Made by a program: the position numbers and the translations under genes
Assembly: GCA_964409875.1 (NCBI GenBank)
Contig: CAYPEN010000001.1
Location: 198,637 to 262,636 of the forward strand
Length of the DNA: 64,000 nt
Origin: an uncultured Gammaproteobacteria bacterium
Lineage (GTDB): Bacteria; Patescibacteriota; Microgenomatia; Levybacterales; GWA1-39-11
Reading direction: 5' to 3'
In this document: one piece after another, positions 37,573-46,636 of the stretch
How the letters are laid out: each line of letters begins with the position of its first letter
Numbering within the stretch: position 1 is the stretch's first letter
The notes under the pieces: model-generated
What the model was told of the DNA's origin: nothing
The model's input: the letters and a program-made list of their open reading frames with translations, nothing else
Databases searched by the model: none

Positions 37573-38010
37573 TTAGCCTTGGGGAGTAGAGGGGATTTTG
37601 CTTTGGTCCATGAAGAAAAGCTCCCATACATGTCCATCAAGATCAATAAACGCTTTTCCGTACATGAAATCCACTTCAGGTCCGTTTTCTTCGTGGTCTG
37701 TTCCTCCGGCAGATAATGCTTTTTGATGAATCTCATCAACTTTTTCTTTCGACTCACAGGACAGAGCAAATATTGCTTCCTTTTGACGACGAGCATCCGT
37801 TATTTCAAGCTCTGGAATAAAACTTTTAAAGAATGGCTCTGTCAAAAGCATAACAAAGATCCCATTTTTCTCATCAAGCATAAGAGCCGCACCTTTATCA
37901 TCGGTAAATTGGGGATTGAATTTATACCCTAATTTTTCCCAAAAAAATTTTGAAGCAGGCAAATCCTTAACGGGTAAATTTATAAAAATCTGATGTGCCA
38001 TGGATTCCAT
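37573..38010 (-). CDS. VOC/glyoxalase-bleomycin-resistance family protein
   Basis: …IFINLPVKDLPASKFFWEKLGY… and the paired beta-alpha-beta-beta-beta arrangement typical of VOC proteins. Confidence 0.6.
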   Translation of the reverse strand: MESMAHQIFINLPVKDLPASKFFWEKLGYKFNPQFTDDKGAALMLDEKNGIFVMLLTEPFFKSFIPELEITDARRQKEAIFALSCESKEKVDEIHQKALSAGGTDHEENGPEVDFMYGKAFIDLDGHVWELFFMDQSKIPSTPQG

Positions 38011-38274
38011 TATAGCACCAATGAATCATTTTTCTTGATATAATTACCCTCATTAATCTAACTGTAGGGATAGTTAATTTGCCAGGATATTTTCGAGGCT
38101 CTTCAAAAATGGCTGACAAATATCTTGAAGAAACGATTCTTCTCGGGAACGAGGTGGATTCATTGGATCTTAAACCCTATATAAAAAATGATAAAAAAAT
38201 TAGAAAATTTTAAAAATAAATCTGACCAAATGAAAAAAGCGGAAGAAGCTATATAAGTGGATTATTGAAGAATT

Positions 38275-38904
38275 TTATTTCGGAAGGTATTCCATTTGTG
38301 CACCTGCATTGTAACCATGGACTTTTTTACCTGTTTTATTCGCAAGAGTTTGAAAGAATCCATCACGTCCAAAATTTGGATTATAATTCTGTGATTGATT
38401 TACAACATCAAGTAGCTCATCTTCGGGTAAATGTAGAGCAGCTATTAATTCCGACAAACTTACCGATGCAGTTGCATAATCCCTAGTCCCACCATTTTTT
38501 TTAAGATCATTTTCGTGAAATACAAATTGTAAAAATGAATCGGGCGACCAAGCTCCTTTGGATTCGATGCTCATATGTTCGGCGTCTAAAAGATTTTCTC
38601 TTGCTTTTTTCTCTCGTTCTTTATAATGTTCCATTCTTCTATTTGTTTCTTCTTCAACCCATAGTCGTGATTTCTCCTCATCTTCAGGTGTTGGATTTTC
38701 TCTATTTTTTAGATAAGTCATTAGTTCTTCTTTAATGAGGTTTTCTCTTTCTTGTTCAGGAAATATAAGAGCCCAATTAGCCAATTTACCAGCATTTCTA
38801 TTCTTAAAATCATCTAAGCTTTTATACGGTACATAATCTTCCTGCTTTGCATACTCTACAGGTAGTATGAAGTTATTTTTGCTACTTATTTCCTCATCTG
38901 ACAT
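38275..38904 (-). CDS. hypothetical protein (209 aa)
   Basis: ORF only. Charged. Confidence 0.45.
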   Translation of the reverse strand: MSDEEISSKNNFILPVEYAKQEDYVPYKSLDDFKNRNAGKLANWALIFPEQERENLIKEELMTYLKNRENPTPEDEEKSRLWVEEETNRRMEHYKEREKKARENLLDAEHMSIESKGAWSPDSFLQFVFHENDLKKNGGTRDYATASVSLSELIAALHLPEDELLDVVNQSQNYNPNFGRDGFFQTLANKTGKKVHGYNAGAQMEYLPK

Positions 38905-39009
38905 AAACAGAATATAACAAACGTAAAAATTTAAATCAATATAATTTAAAGTTCGAGATTTTTTTATTTCATGAGGCAGCTTGATTCTTTGCCTTATGTT
39001 AAAATATCC

Positions 39010-40113
39010 AATATGAACCTATCAGTGGGTATTGTTGGGCTTCCGAATGTTGGAAAGTCGACGTTGTTTAACGCGCTTCTCAAAAAGCAGGCGGCTTTGG
39101 CTGCAAATTATCCATTTGCAACCATTGAGCCGAATGTTGGTGTTGTTGCAGTTCCGGACGCACGGCTTGAGGTTTTGGCCGAGATTACGAAGAGCGAGGA
39201 AGGAATGACGGAATTGCCGCCCATAAAGCCTGCAACTGTTGAGTTTGTCGATATTGCGGGGCTCGTAAAAGGTGCTTCAGAGGGAGAAGGATTGGGTAAC
39301 AAATTTCTTTCCCACATCAGGGAAGTAAAAGTCATTGCCCATGTTGTCCGGGCTTTTGAAGATAAAGACGTTATCCGCGAGGGGAGTGTAGGAATACTTG
39401 AGGATTATGAAACTATAACTACAGAGCTTGTTTTGGCCGACCTTGAGACCCTTTCAAGGGTAAATGAGAAGACCCTCAGAACTGATAGCGACTTGAATGG
39501 TGCTGTTACAAAACTCAAAAATCACATGAATACCGGTCTTCCCGCAAGAAACGCCTTGCTTACCGACAAAGAGCAGGAAGCGGTCAAACAACTGTCGTTA
39601 CTCACGTCAAAACCTGAAATTATAGTTCTTAATGTAGGGGAAAATGAGTATTCCGAGGACAAGTTTGCATCAATCATTGCTGAATATGCTAAGGCTTTCG
39701 GGATGGAGGAGAAAAATTTTGTCGTTGTTAGCGCAAAAATTGAGTCGGAGTTGGCATCATTGGGAGATGAGGATGCAAAGGAATATTTGTCAGAATTAGG
39801 GGTCAAAAAATCCGGACTTGAAAGGTTGATACAAACCGCATATACAAAACTCGGACTTATGTCATTTTTGACGTGCGGGGAAAAAGAAGTGAGGGCGTGG
39901 ACGGTCAAAATCGGTGCCACAGCTGTCGAGGCGGCAGGTGAAATCCACACGGATTTTATGAGCAAATTCATCAAGGCAGAAGTTGTTTCGTACGACAATT
40001 TTGTAGAATGTCAGGGTTGGCAAGGGGCCCGTGAGAAAGGGAAAGCCGGGCTTGAAGGAAAAGAATATATCATGCACGACGGAGACATAGTCGAGTTTAA
40101 GATAGGAAGATAA
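39010..40113 (+). CDS. ychF: ribosome-binding ATPase YchF
   Basis: [17 protein letters not shown]…[28 protein letters not shown]… is near-identical in pattern to YchF. Start chosen at MNLSVGIVG. Confidence 0.9.
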   Translation, partial: NMNLSVGIVGLPNVGKSTLFNALLKKQAALAANYPFATIEPNVGVVAVPDARLEVLAEITKSEEGMTELPPIKPATVEFVDIAGLVKGASEGEGLGNKFLSHIREVKVIAHVVRAFEDKDVIREGSVGILEDYETITTELVLADLETLSRVNEKTLRTDSDLNGAVTKLKNHMNTGLPARNALLTDKEQEAVKQLSLLTSKPEIIVLNVGENEYSEDKFASIIAEYAKAFGMEEKNFVVVSAKIESELASLGDEDAKEYLSELGVKKSGLERLIQTAYTKLGLMSFLTCGEKEVRAWTVKIGATAVEAAGEIHTDFMSKFIKAEVVSYDNFVECQGWQGAREKGKAGLEGKEYIMHDGDIVEFKIGR

Positions 40114-40300
40114 ATTGGTACTCTCCTGCTTTTCTTGCGAAAAGTAGTCGAGTTTAAGATAGGAAGATAAATTGGTACTCTCCTGCTTTTCTTGCGAAAA
40201 GTAGTCGAATTCAAGATAGGAAGATAGGGATTTTCAAGGCATATTCTTCTACGCTTTTAACACTTGTGCAAAGCGTAGTCGAATTCAAAATAGGAAGATA
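40087..40300. repeat. tandem repeat of ychF 3' end plus downstream sequence (57-bp unit x2, then two degenerate copies)
   Basis: tagtcgagtttaagataggaagataaattggtactctcctgcttttcttgcgaaaag is perfectly duplicated at 40087 and 40144. Degenerate gtagtcgaattcaa(g/a)ataggaagata copies sit at 40201 and 40275. Confidence 0.85.
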
Positions 40301-40387
40301 ACAGAGTGAATTTTTTGAATATTTCCCCGGAAAAAAGTATAATCTGCTGCTGTTTACGAAGTGTAGCCAAGCCGCTACAATATTTGT

Positions 40388-41290
40388 ATGGAAAGCCAAA
40401 AACCACAGTTTGATGTTTTGCAGGCTGCAGAGAGTCTAATACATGAGGTGCAGTTGAAGGAAAGGCCTGTTGTACTCCAGCCATTTGTTGTTCAGGATAT
40501 TCTGGGTTACGTTGCTGAAATGCATGATAGAAGAGTGGAAAACGGTATTTACGAACCTTTATATGAAGGTGGCCCTGATATTGCCCATGAATTGCTTGAA
40601 AAAATGGCTTTTGCTTTGCCGGCGACAAATAACGGATACGGAGTTGAGGTACCTCTTAACAATCCTCAAATCAAATTCATCAGAGAACTTTTGGAAGAGG
40701 AACGGCAAAAAAAGGGAGATGCGGTTAAAAATATCGAGTGTGATAGTGACATTATATCTTTTGAAAATGCAGTTGAAGATAGTTTGCTAGAAAATCAAAT
40801 GAGCGAAAAGTCGCATGAAGGGGCACTCGAGCTTACCGATAAAGGGAGAGAAATGGCTGCAAGGCTATTGAGAGAGCGTGAGAAATACCCAAGAAGAATG
40901 AATGTGAGGGCAGTTGGAAGCTCGTTTTTGCAATGGAAGCTTGCCGCTTTTTTGGACGAGGAGCAACGTATGCGTCCTAAATATTCGCCTGAATTTGATG
41001 AAAGTTATGAAGTAGGAAAAAAGACACTGGCATCTTTTGGAAAGGAAAAAACAATAGAGAAAGATACGAAGGGAAACCCAAAACTTACTGAGGTTATTTT
41101 GACACGGGAGCAAATAGATTATCTAACGAGAAATATTGAAACATTGACTGCAGGCGTAGCCAATCATCAAGCTGTACAAATCCGCGAGTTAGTTGATGGG
41201 ATATCAAGGCGTTTTGATTCTGCTCCTATTGTAATGCCCCGTAAAGGAAAGCTGAGAAATTTTTTCAATAAATTCACTGGACAGAAGTAG
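40388..41290 (+). CDS. hypothetical protein (300 aa)
   Basis: ORF only. Confidence 0.5.
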   Translation: MESQKPQFDVLQAAESLIHEVQLKERPVVLQPFVVQDILGYVAEMHDRRVENGIYEPLYEGGPDIAHELLEKMAFALPATNNGYGVEVPLNNPQIKFIRELLEEERQKKGDAVKNIECDSDIISFENAVEDSLLENQMSEKSHEGALELTDKGREMAARLLREREKYPRRMNVRAVGSSFLQWKLAAFLDEEQRMRPKYSPEFDESYEVGKKTLASFGKEKTIEKDTKGNPKLTEVILTREQIDYLTRNIETLTAGVANHQAVQIRELVDGISRRFDSAPIVMPRKGKLRNFFNKFTGQK

Positions 41291-41312
41291 ATGTGTGATT
41301 TAATATAAATCT

Positions 41313-41645
41313 ATGGAAGATTGTATATTTTGTGAAATCGTGAAAGGTGAAATACCTAAGGATTTTGTTTATAAGGACGCAAATATTGTTGCATTTGACG
41401 ATATCCACCCCGTTGCAAAAGTTCATGTATTATTTGCTTCAAAGGAACATGTTGCGTCATTTGAAGACCTGCAGGATGATGATATTTTGGCTTCGGTCAG
41501 ACGTGGAATCCAAAAAGTTGTTGCTCAAAATGATTTGGTCGGGAAAGGGTACAAAATAGTCGTGAACGGCGGCGGTGCGCAAATTATCAATCATCTTCAT
41601 TTCCATCTCATCGGCCCGACCGGGCTAAAAGCCCCGATTCGCTAA
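41313..41645 (+). CDS. HIT-family (histidine triad) hydrolase
   Basis: Histidine triad HLHFHLIG at the C-terminus and the N-terminal CIFCEIV pattern. Confidence 0.85.
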   Translation: MEDCIFCEIVKGEIPKDFVYKDANIVAFDDIHPVAKVHVLFASKEHVASFEDLQDDDILASVRRGIQKVVAQNDLVGKGYKIVVNGGGAQIINHLHFHLIGPTGLKAPIR

Positions 41646-41715
41646 AAATTCAAAATAAAAAAACTCAGGAAAGAAGAAAGTATTTCAAAAGTTAGCTTTT
41701 TTGTGGTTGGATAAT

Positions 41716-42480
41716 CCCCCGCCCGGCCTACTTTCGTAGAGCCGAGCGGGGGTGAAACGGGGTTCGTGCCCGGAGGGCACGTAAATTCGCGGTCCGTCCG
41801 CTCGCGCGCGCAAATAGGCACGATTACGGGCCGGAGAACCCCCGGAATTGTTACATGCGTATCCCGGTGTGGGAGGCAGGAACCGGTGCGCTGCAGCAAA
41901 CCACACAGCTCCCACCTCCCCCTAGCCGGGGGAGGGAGTGCGGGAACGGGAGAGCATAACTCCCACCCCCTCCTGGCACCGCCGGGCATACTACCGGAGG
42001 TGCTTCCTCATCGTGGACTCATGGGTCCTCGGAAAAGTTGGGGTGGCGGCGTGGGGTGGTCGAGAATCCACGCCGCCAAGAAAGGACTAGGCGGGTTGTC
42101 TTGCTCACCCTTCGGGGGTGGGCTCAGTGGGGCTTCTTCTCCGGATACAGCCTAAGTTGGCTGACTTGGTGTCTGGCGTCCTCTCCTTTGCAGCCATGGG
42201 CTGCCTGGGTGTAGAGCTCCCGATTCGGTTAACAGCGTGTAGCTGCCTTGGTGCCGGCAATAAACCGACGGTTCCCGCCAAGTCGGGTCGGGACCGTGGG
42301 TTTACCCCGTTGGTATGGGGCCGTTCCCCATCTTGCGGAAGGTAGTGTCCTTGCGGACGCTCCTCCCCGTGACCGGGAACTAAGGCGGTGGTCGCCCCAC
42401 AAAGGGGCAGCCGAGGGCGTGACGTGGCATCGTATCCTCCGTAGCCTGATCTCCTGCAACGCAGAAAGGGAATGGATATA
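41716..42480. ncRNA. candidate large structured non-coding RNA (unclassified), ~780 nt, GC-rich
   Basis: About 60% GC in a ~38% GC genome, with no credible ORF. Many perfect hairpins: a 12-bp stem at 41716-41760, a 10-bp stem at 42043-42078, and a CACCC-UUCG-GGGUG tetraloop hairpin near 42107. Short stretches resemble RNase P CR-II and tmRNA 5' ends, but the overall architecture fits neither. Confidence 0.3.
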
Positions 42481-42662
42481 TACAACAATCCTTTCCTGCG
42501 GAACATGCAACAATAATTTCAAAGAACTATGAGCGTTTATGGCACTCAGACGGTCATTATAGTACCGCAAAAATCACCCGTCAAGAGTGTAAGAAATATG
42601 AGAAATGTAAGAGTTCTGACACTTCTCTTGCAGGATATTTACCTCTTTATTACAATCTATCT

Positions 42663-43742
42663 GTGAATACCGAAAGGCAGAATGGGGCGGCACAAAACCC
42701 CGATGAATCCCAGCCGACATTTCTTGACATGCGTCTTCCGAGAAGAAGGCTGCTCCGGTGGGGATTGGGAGCCGGCATAGCAGCATCAGCCGGAAATCTT
42801 AATTTCACCCAAGTTCCTGATATCATTAACGGGCTTAAAGCAGGCTATGAATATGGACCGGGTTTTGTGTCTGCGGTTGCCTCCGACCCTGAAGCGGCGT
42901 GGGAGACATGGAAGCTTATCCAGGAACCTGATGAGACGTACCGGAAAAGTCCTTTTTTTGGAAATTCACTGGAATACCCAACATCTGCCCATAACGTACT
43001 GATTGCATTCGGGGATAGTAATATGGTGGGAGCAGAGGGGAGGGATAGAGCAAATTCACCTGTAAGCCTTTTTAAAAGACGGGTGAAAGACAAATGGGGA
43101 ACTGACTGGGAAGATTACAATATAGCTCATAGTGGAGATACCACAAAGCTTGTTATTCAAAATCAATTGCAGTCTCAGCAGGCAAAAGAGGCATTCTCCA
43201 AAGGGGATTTTTGTGATGTGTGGATAAATGTAGGAGGAAACGATTTTTCAAGCGTTGCGAATACTCCTGATGAATTTTCTGAAGTCAAGGAGTTGGGGCA
43301 GGACCCCTGGAGGCATCCTGACTATCTTTTGAAATACACCCCAAGACTATTGGAAAATTTAACAGTATTCCGGCGTGATTTCCATACATTGCTTTCAGCA
43401 TTGTACGAAATGCAGGGGGCGAAAATAAAACATATAGTAATAATGTCAGCTCCCGATTTCGGAAAGGCACCGTCTATTACGTCCCAAGATGTTGGGGATA
43501 AAAAATATCACATACCGCTTGATGATGACTTTGCGTCAAAAATTGTCCATAACCTATCCATCCGGATGAATAATGAGATGTTCGGGGCCGCGAGCGAGTT
43601 TCACGGTCAAACAGGCACGAAAATTGTCGGAATTGATACCTTTAAGGATTCGATTTTTGACCGTGACCAGCATTTGACCGTCGAAGCGGTCGCGGCTATT
43701 GCTGACGATGCTTTTTCCCGTGTGGAATTTCATGCGGCATAA
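42663..43742 (+). CDS. Tat-secreted SGNH/GDSL-family hydrolase (putative)
   Basis: Twin-arginine signal (PRRRLLRWGLGAGIAASAG) and a GDSL-type motif IAFGDSNMVG. Confidence 0.55.
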   Translation: MNTERQNGAAQNPDESQPTFLDMRLPRRRLLRWGLGAGIAASAGNLNFTQVPDIINGLKAGYEYGPGFVSAVASDPEAAWETWKLIQEPDETYRKSPFFGNSLEYPTSAHNVLIAFGDSNMVGAEGRDRANSPVSLFKRRVKDKWGTDWEDYNIAHSGDTTKLVIQNQLQSQQAKEAFSKGDFCDVWINVGGNDFSSVANTPDEFSEVKELGQDPWRHPDYLLKYTPRLLENLTVFRRDFHTLLSALYEMQGAKIKHIVIMSAPDFGKAPSITSQDVGDKKYHIPLDDDFASKIVHNLSIRMNNEMFGAASEFHGQTGTKIVGIDTFKDSIFDRDQHLTVEAVAAIADDAFSRVEFHAA

Positions 43743-43835
43743 GAATAGCTCATGAAGGCGTTTCATTTTCTGCAACTTTGATGTAAAATAGCTGTATCCC
43801 ATATTATGGGAATTTTTAAGGAGGTGTTCTATTGT

Positions 43836-44021
43836 ATGGTTTTTGTAAAAAAGCAACCCGGGGACAGTCCCGACCAAATGATACGGAAATTTTCGAGAAA
43901 AGTGATGTCTGAAGGCATTATTATGGAGATGAAGAAGAGGGAATTCCACCTCAAACCATCTCTTTCAAAAAAATTCAAAAAAGAGCTTGCACGGAAAATG
44001 AACAAGCACAATAATTATTAA
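43836..44021 (+). CDS. rpsU: 30S ribosomal protein S21
   Basis: …IRKFSRKVMSEGI…KKREFHLKPSLSKKFKKELARKMNKHNNY matches the S21 pattern. Start chosen at MVFVKK. Confidence 0.8.
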   Translation: MVFVKKQPGDSPDQMIRKFSRKVMSEGIIMEMKKREFHLKPSLSKKFKKELARKMNKHNNY

Positions 44022-44110
44022 TCAATAGTTAATAGTCAAAAGCTAGGATCCGTTCAGTTAGGCTTTGCATCTCTTCATTAGCTATTAACTATTAATCATC
44101 ATCTATCAAA
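44022..44110. repeat. inverted-repeat element built from TTAATAGTTAATAG units (family member 1)
   Basis: Left arm aattattaatcaatagttaatagtc. Right arm cattagctattaactattaatcatc. They flank ~40 bp. Related elements occur at 50078-50142 and 60002-60097. Confidence 0.6.
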
Positions 44111-44114
44111 AATT

Positions 44115-44501
44115 ATGAATGCAATTTCTATCCCTATTTACGTGGAAAGCCGGTACAAAATTAACCGGAAAAAAATCAAGGAGACTATCATAAAGACCCT
44201 CCTTAAGCAGCACATAAACAGTGCTGTTGAAGTGTCTGTTGCGGTCATAGGAACGCGCAAGATGCATGCATTGAATAAGAAGTACAGGGACATGGACAAG
44301 CCGACCAACGTTCTCTCATTCTCCCAAACAGAAGGAGAGGCCGTCATGCAACCACCCGATAAATTGTATTTGGGCGACATAGTCGTCTGCTACCCGGTTG
44401 TTGTGGAGGAGTGTGCCCGGGAAAACAGCCTTATTGATGATAGGGTCAACGAGTTGGTTGAACATTCACTCATGCATCTTCTCGGATTCCACCACAGATA
44501 A
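44115..44501 (+). CDS. ybeY: endoribonuclease YbeY (rRNA maturation)
   Basis: Metal-binding motif HSLMHLLGFHH at the C-terminus. 128 aa. Confidence 0.85.
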   Translation: MNAISIPIYVESRYKINRKKIKETIIKTLLKQHINSAVEVSVAVIGTRKMHALNKKYRDMDKPTNVLSFSQTEGEAVMQPPDKLYLGDIVVCYPVVVEECARENSLIDDRVNELVEHSLMHLLGFHHR

Positions 44502-44624
44502 GCCTCTTCACGTAATTGTATGCGGAAGTTTTGAAACAAACTTCCTGAAAAGAGGAAAAGAGTTTTGGCTCCGCTCCCATTTGGTCGCTTTGCTAACCCT
44601 CAGTTTGATTTGAGCTAAGAAGTA

Positions 44625-46028
44625 TTGTATAAACTAAACGCTACAAAAATGGTTTTTTACCGGAAATACAGACCGCAAACAATTGCAGAACTAGACCTTT
44701 TTTCAGTCCGCGAAAAATTGACCGCTATTTTATCGTCAAAAGACCTTCCTCATGCGTTCCTTTTTACCGGAAGCAAGGGGCTTGGTAAAACCTCCTCTGC
44801 ACGCATTCTTGCTAAAGCCATCAATTGTACATCTCCAAAAGGAATCGAGCCGTGTAACAAATGTGAGGCTTGCATCAGTATTACAGACGGGTCCAATATA
44901 GATGTTCTGGAAATTGATGCGGCTTCAAACGGGGGAGTTGAGGAGATGAGGACACTCCGGGAGAGGGTGAAGTTCGCCTCCTCGGTATTGAAGAAAAAGG
45001 TGTATATCATAGACGAAGTACATATGCTTTCAACGGGCGCTTTCAATGCGCTTTTAAAAACCCTGGAGGAGCCGCCGAGCCATGTAGTTTTTGTACTTGC
45101 TACAACCGAATTGTGGAAATTGCCGCCTACCGTCGTGTCGCGTACTTTTCAAGTGACTTTCGATAAACCAACAGAAGAAGAGTTGGTACATTCACTCAAG
45201 CGTGTTGTAAGCGGCGAACACTTGAAGGTTGAGAAAGGTGTTTTGGAACAGCTCTATCTACTTGCGGACGGAAGTTTTAGGGACGGCACAAAGCTTTTAG
45301 AAGAGTTGGCAATCGCGTCTAATGGGCAAGAAATAACGAGTACCCTTTTTGAGGAAACATTCAAAACAAAGGGTGTGGGGAGTGAGGTGTATGACCTTTT
45401 GCGTGCGTATGAAAAAAGGGATGCAAAAAAAGCGCTTGAAACAATTGCACGCCTTTCCGGTTCCGGCGCCGATTTTAAGGTGATACTTGAACGGTTGGCT
45501 GAGCATCTTAGGGGACTTTTAATGATGCGAAACGAGATTCCCAGTGAAGAAAAGGACGTTCCCGGTTTGACTATTTCTGATATCAAAAAGCTTTTGGAAC
45601 TTGCCAATGAAGCGTACGGAGAAATCAAAATTTCAGTTATTCCCCAACTACCCTTAGAACTTATGAGTGTCAAATTTTGCATTATCGATGCGGAGCAGAA
45701 GACAGAAGACAAAAGTCAAAAGACTGAAGGCAGAAAATTTGAGAAAGAGGAAAAAGAGGAAAGTCCAAAAAATGATTCGAATAGTAGTCAACAGCTTTTG
45801 CCGGAGCTTATTGCGCGGTTGAATGCAGTGAACAAACCGGGAGCAGCGCTTTTAAGGTCAGCAAAAAGCGCAAAAATTGAGGGTAATGAATTCGTAATTA
45901 TAACCCCCTTTCCTATCCACGCAGAGAGGCTCAAAAGTGACAAAGTTTTTGGTGATTTGCAAAAAATTGCCTCTGAAATTACGGATAAGAAAATTGAAAT
46001 TGCAGTACGTGTGGGTTCGAAAGACTAA
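44625..46028 (+). CDS. dnaX: DNA polymerase III subunit gamma/tau
   Basis: Motif 1: YRKYRPQT. Motif 2: Walker A, GSKGLGKTSSARILAKAINC. Motif 3: zinc-module Cys cluster, CTSPKGIEPCNKCEAC. The true start may be the Met at 44649. Confidence 0.9.
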   Translation: MYKLNATKMVFYRKYRPQTIAELDLFSVREKLTAILSSKDLPHAFLFTGSKGLGKTSSARILAKAINCTSPKGIEPCNKCEACISITDGSNIDVLEIDAASNGGVEEMRTLRERVKFASSVLKKKVYIIDEVHMLSTGAFNALLKTLEEPPSHVVFVLATTELWKLPPTVVSRTFQVTFDKPTEEELVHSLKRVVSGEHLKVEKGVLEQLYLLADGSFRDGTKLLEELAIASNGQEITSTLFEETFKTKGVGSEVYDLLRAYEKRDAKKALETIARLSGSGADFKVILERLAEHLRGLLMMRNEIPSEEKDVPGLTISDIKKLLELANEAYGEIKISVIPQLPLELMSVKFCIIDAEQKTEDKSQKTEGRKFEKEEKEESPKNDSNSSQQLLPELIARLNAVNKPGAALLRSAKSAKIEGNEFVIITPFPIHAERLKSDKVFGDLQKIASEITDKKIEIAVRVGSKD

Positions 46029-46588
46029 AGCATCTTTTCCTCGAGCATTACTTTAACCCACGGAGCGAGGTTTTGATAGAGTCGTGAGTTTTTTCTTTTC
46101 AACTCATCTTTTGTGACAAGCGAATACCCATATGCAAATTCAAAATTCGGATTTGGCACGGCTTTTAGTTCTGCAATTAATATGTCATCTATCTCATGCT
46201 CCGTAAATTCACTGAACTTGTCTTTTGCTTTGTAATACACAAATCCCTCAATTGTAGGTCGTTTTTTTAGCCCCTTTATATCAACCTGAAATTCCCTTTG
46301 TAATGCACGAAGTGTACACTCAACCGTGTCTTCCATTTGCCCGTCGACCATAAGTTGGTGGGACGAAACGGTGATATCGTACGTTCCGTCAAAAGCAATG
46401 TGCTTTCTGTGCTGGATGACGTATTGGTTTTTATACCTAAGCGCCACTGAAATGGCCCTGTGCAAAATCCCTTTTTTGTGAGCTTCCCACTTTTCAATTT
46501 CGCCCAATATATTTCCCTTTCTGTCAACTCTAGCAATCATTTGCTTTTGCCTGTAGTAGGGATGGGCATTTTTAGTAATTGAGTTCAT
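46025..46588 (-). CDS. idi: isopentenyl-diphosphate delta-isomerase, type 1 (Nudix fold)
   Basis: LHRAISVALRY…HRKHIAFDGTYDITVSSHQLMVDGQMEDTVECTLRALQREFQVDI parallels E. coli IDI LHLAFSSWLFN…[22 protein letters not shown]…EDAVIRRCRYELGVEI (from memory). Start chosen at MNSITKN to avoid overlap with the divergent kinase gene. Confidence 0.65.
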   Translation of the reverse strand: MNSITKNAHPYYRQKQMIARVDRKGNILGEIEKWEAHKKGILHRAISVALRYKNQYVIQHRKHIAFDGTYDITVSSHQLMVDGQMEDTVECTLRALQREFQVDIKGLKKRPTIEGFVYYKAKDKFSEFTEHEIDDILIAELKAVPNPNFEFAYGYSLVTKDELKRKNSRLYQNLAPWVKVMLEEKML

Positions 46589-46636
46589 TTGTGTCGCGAG
46601 CGCCTTTGTCTTATAATACACTTTCGGGACAAAACT

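Noticed and set aside
41741-42120. tmRNA or RNase P RNA identity for the GC-rich element
   Set aside because: The 5' GGGGGUGAAACGGGGUUCG resembles tmRNA. GGGUGAAA…CAAAUAGG resembles RNase P CR-II. However there is no T-arm/ACCA 3' end, no tag ORF ending in ALAA-like codons, and no P4 strands (GGAAAGUCCGGGC / ACAGAACCCGGCUUA) in the right order on either strand. It is left unclassified.
41642-42570. ORFs of 75-133 aa within the GC-rich island (41642-41989, 41766-42155, 42105-42506, 42229-42570 and others)
   Set aside because: Arg/Pro/Gly/Ser-rich junk translations with no start-site signals, typical of GC-rich non-coding sequence. The region is treated as a candidate RNA instead.
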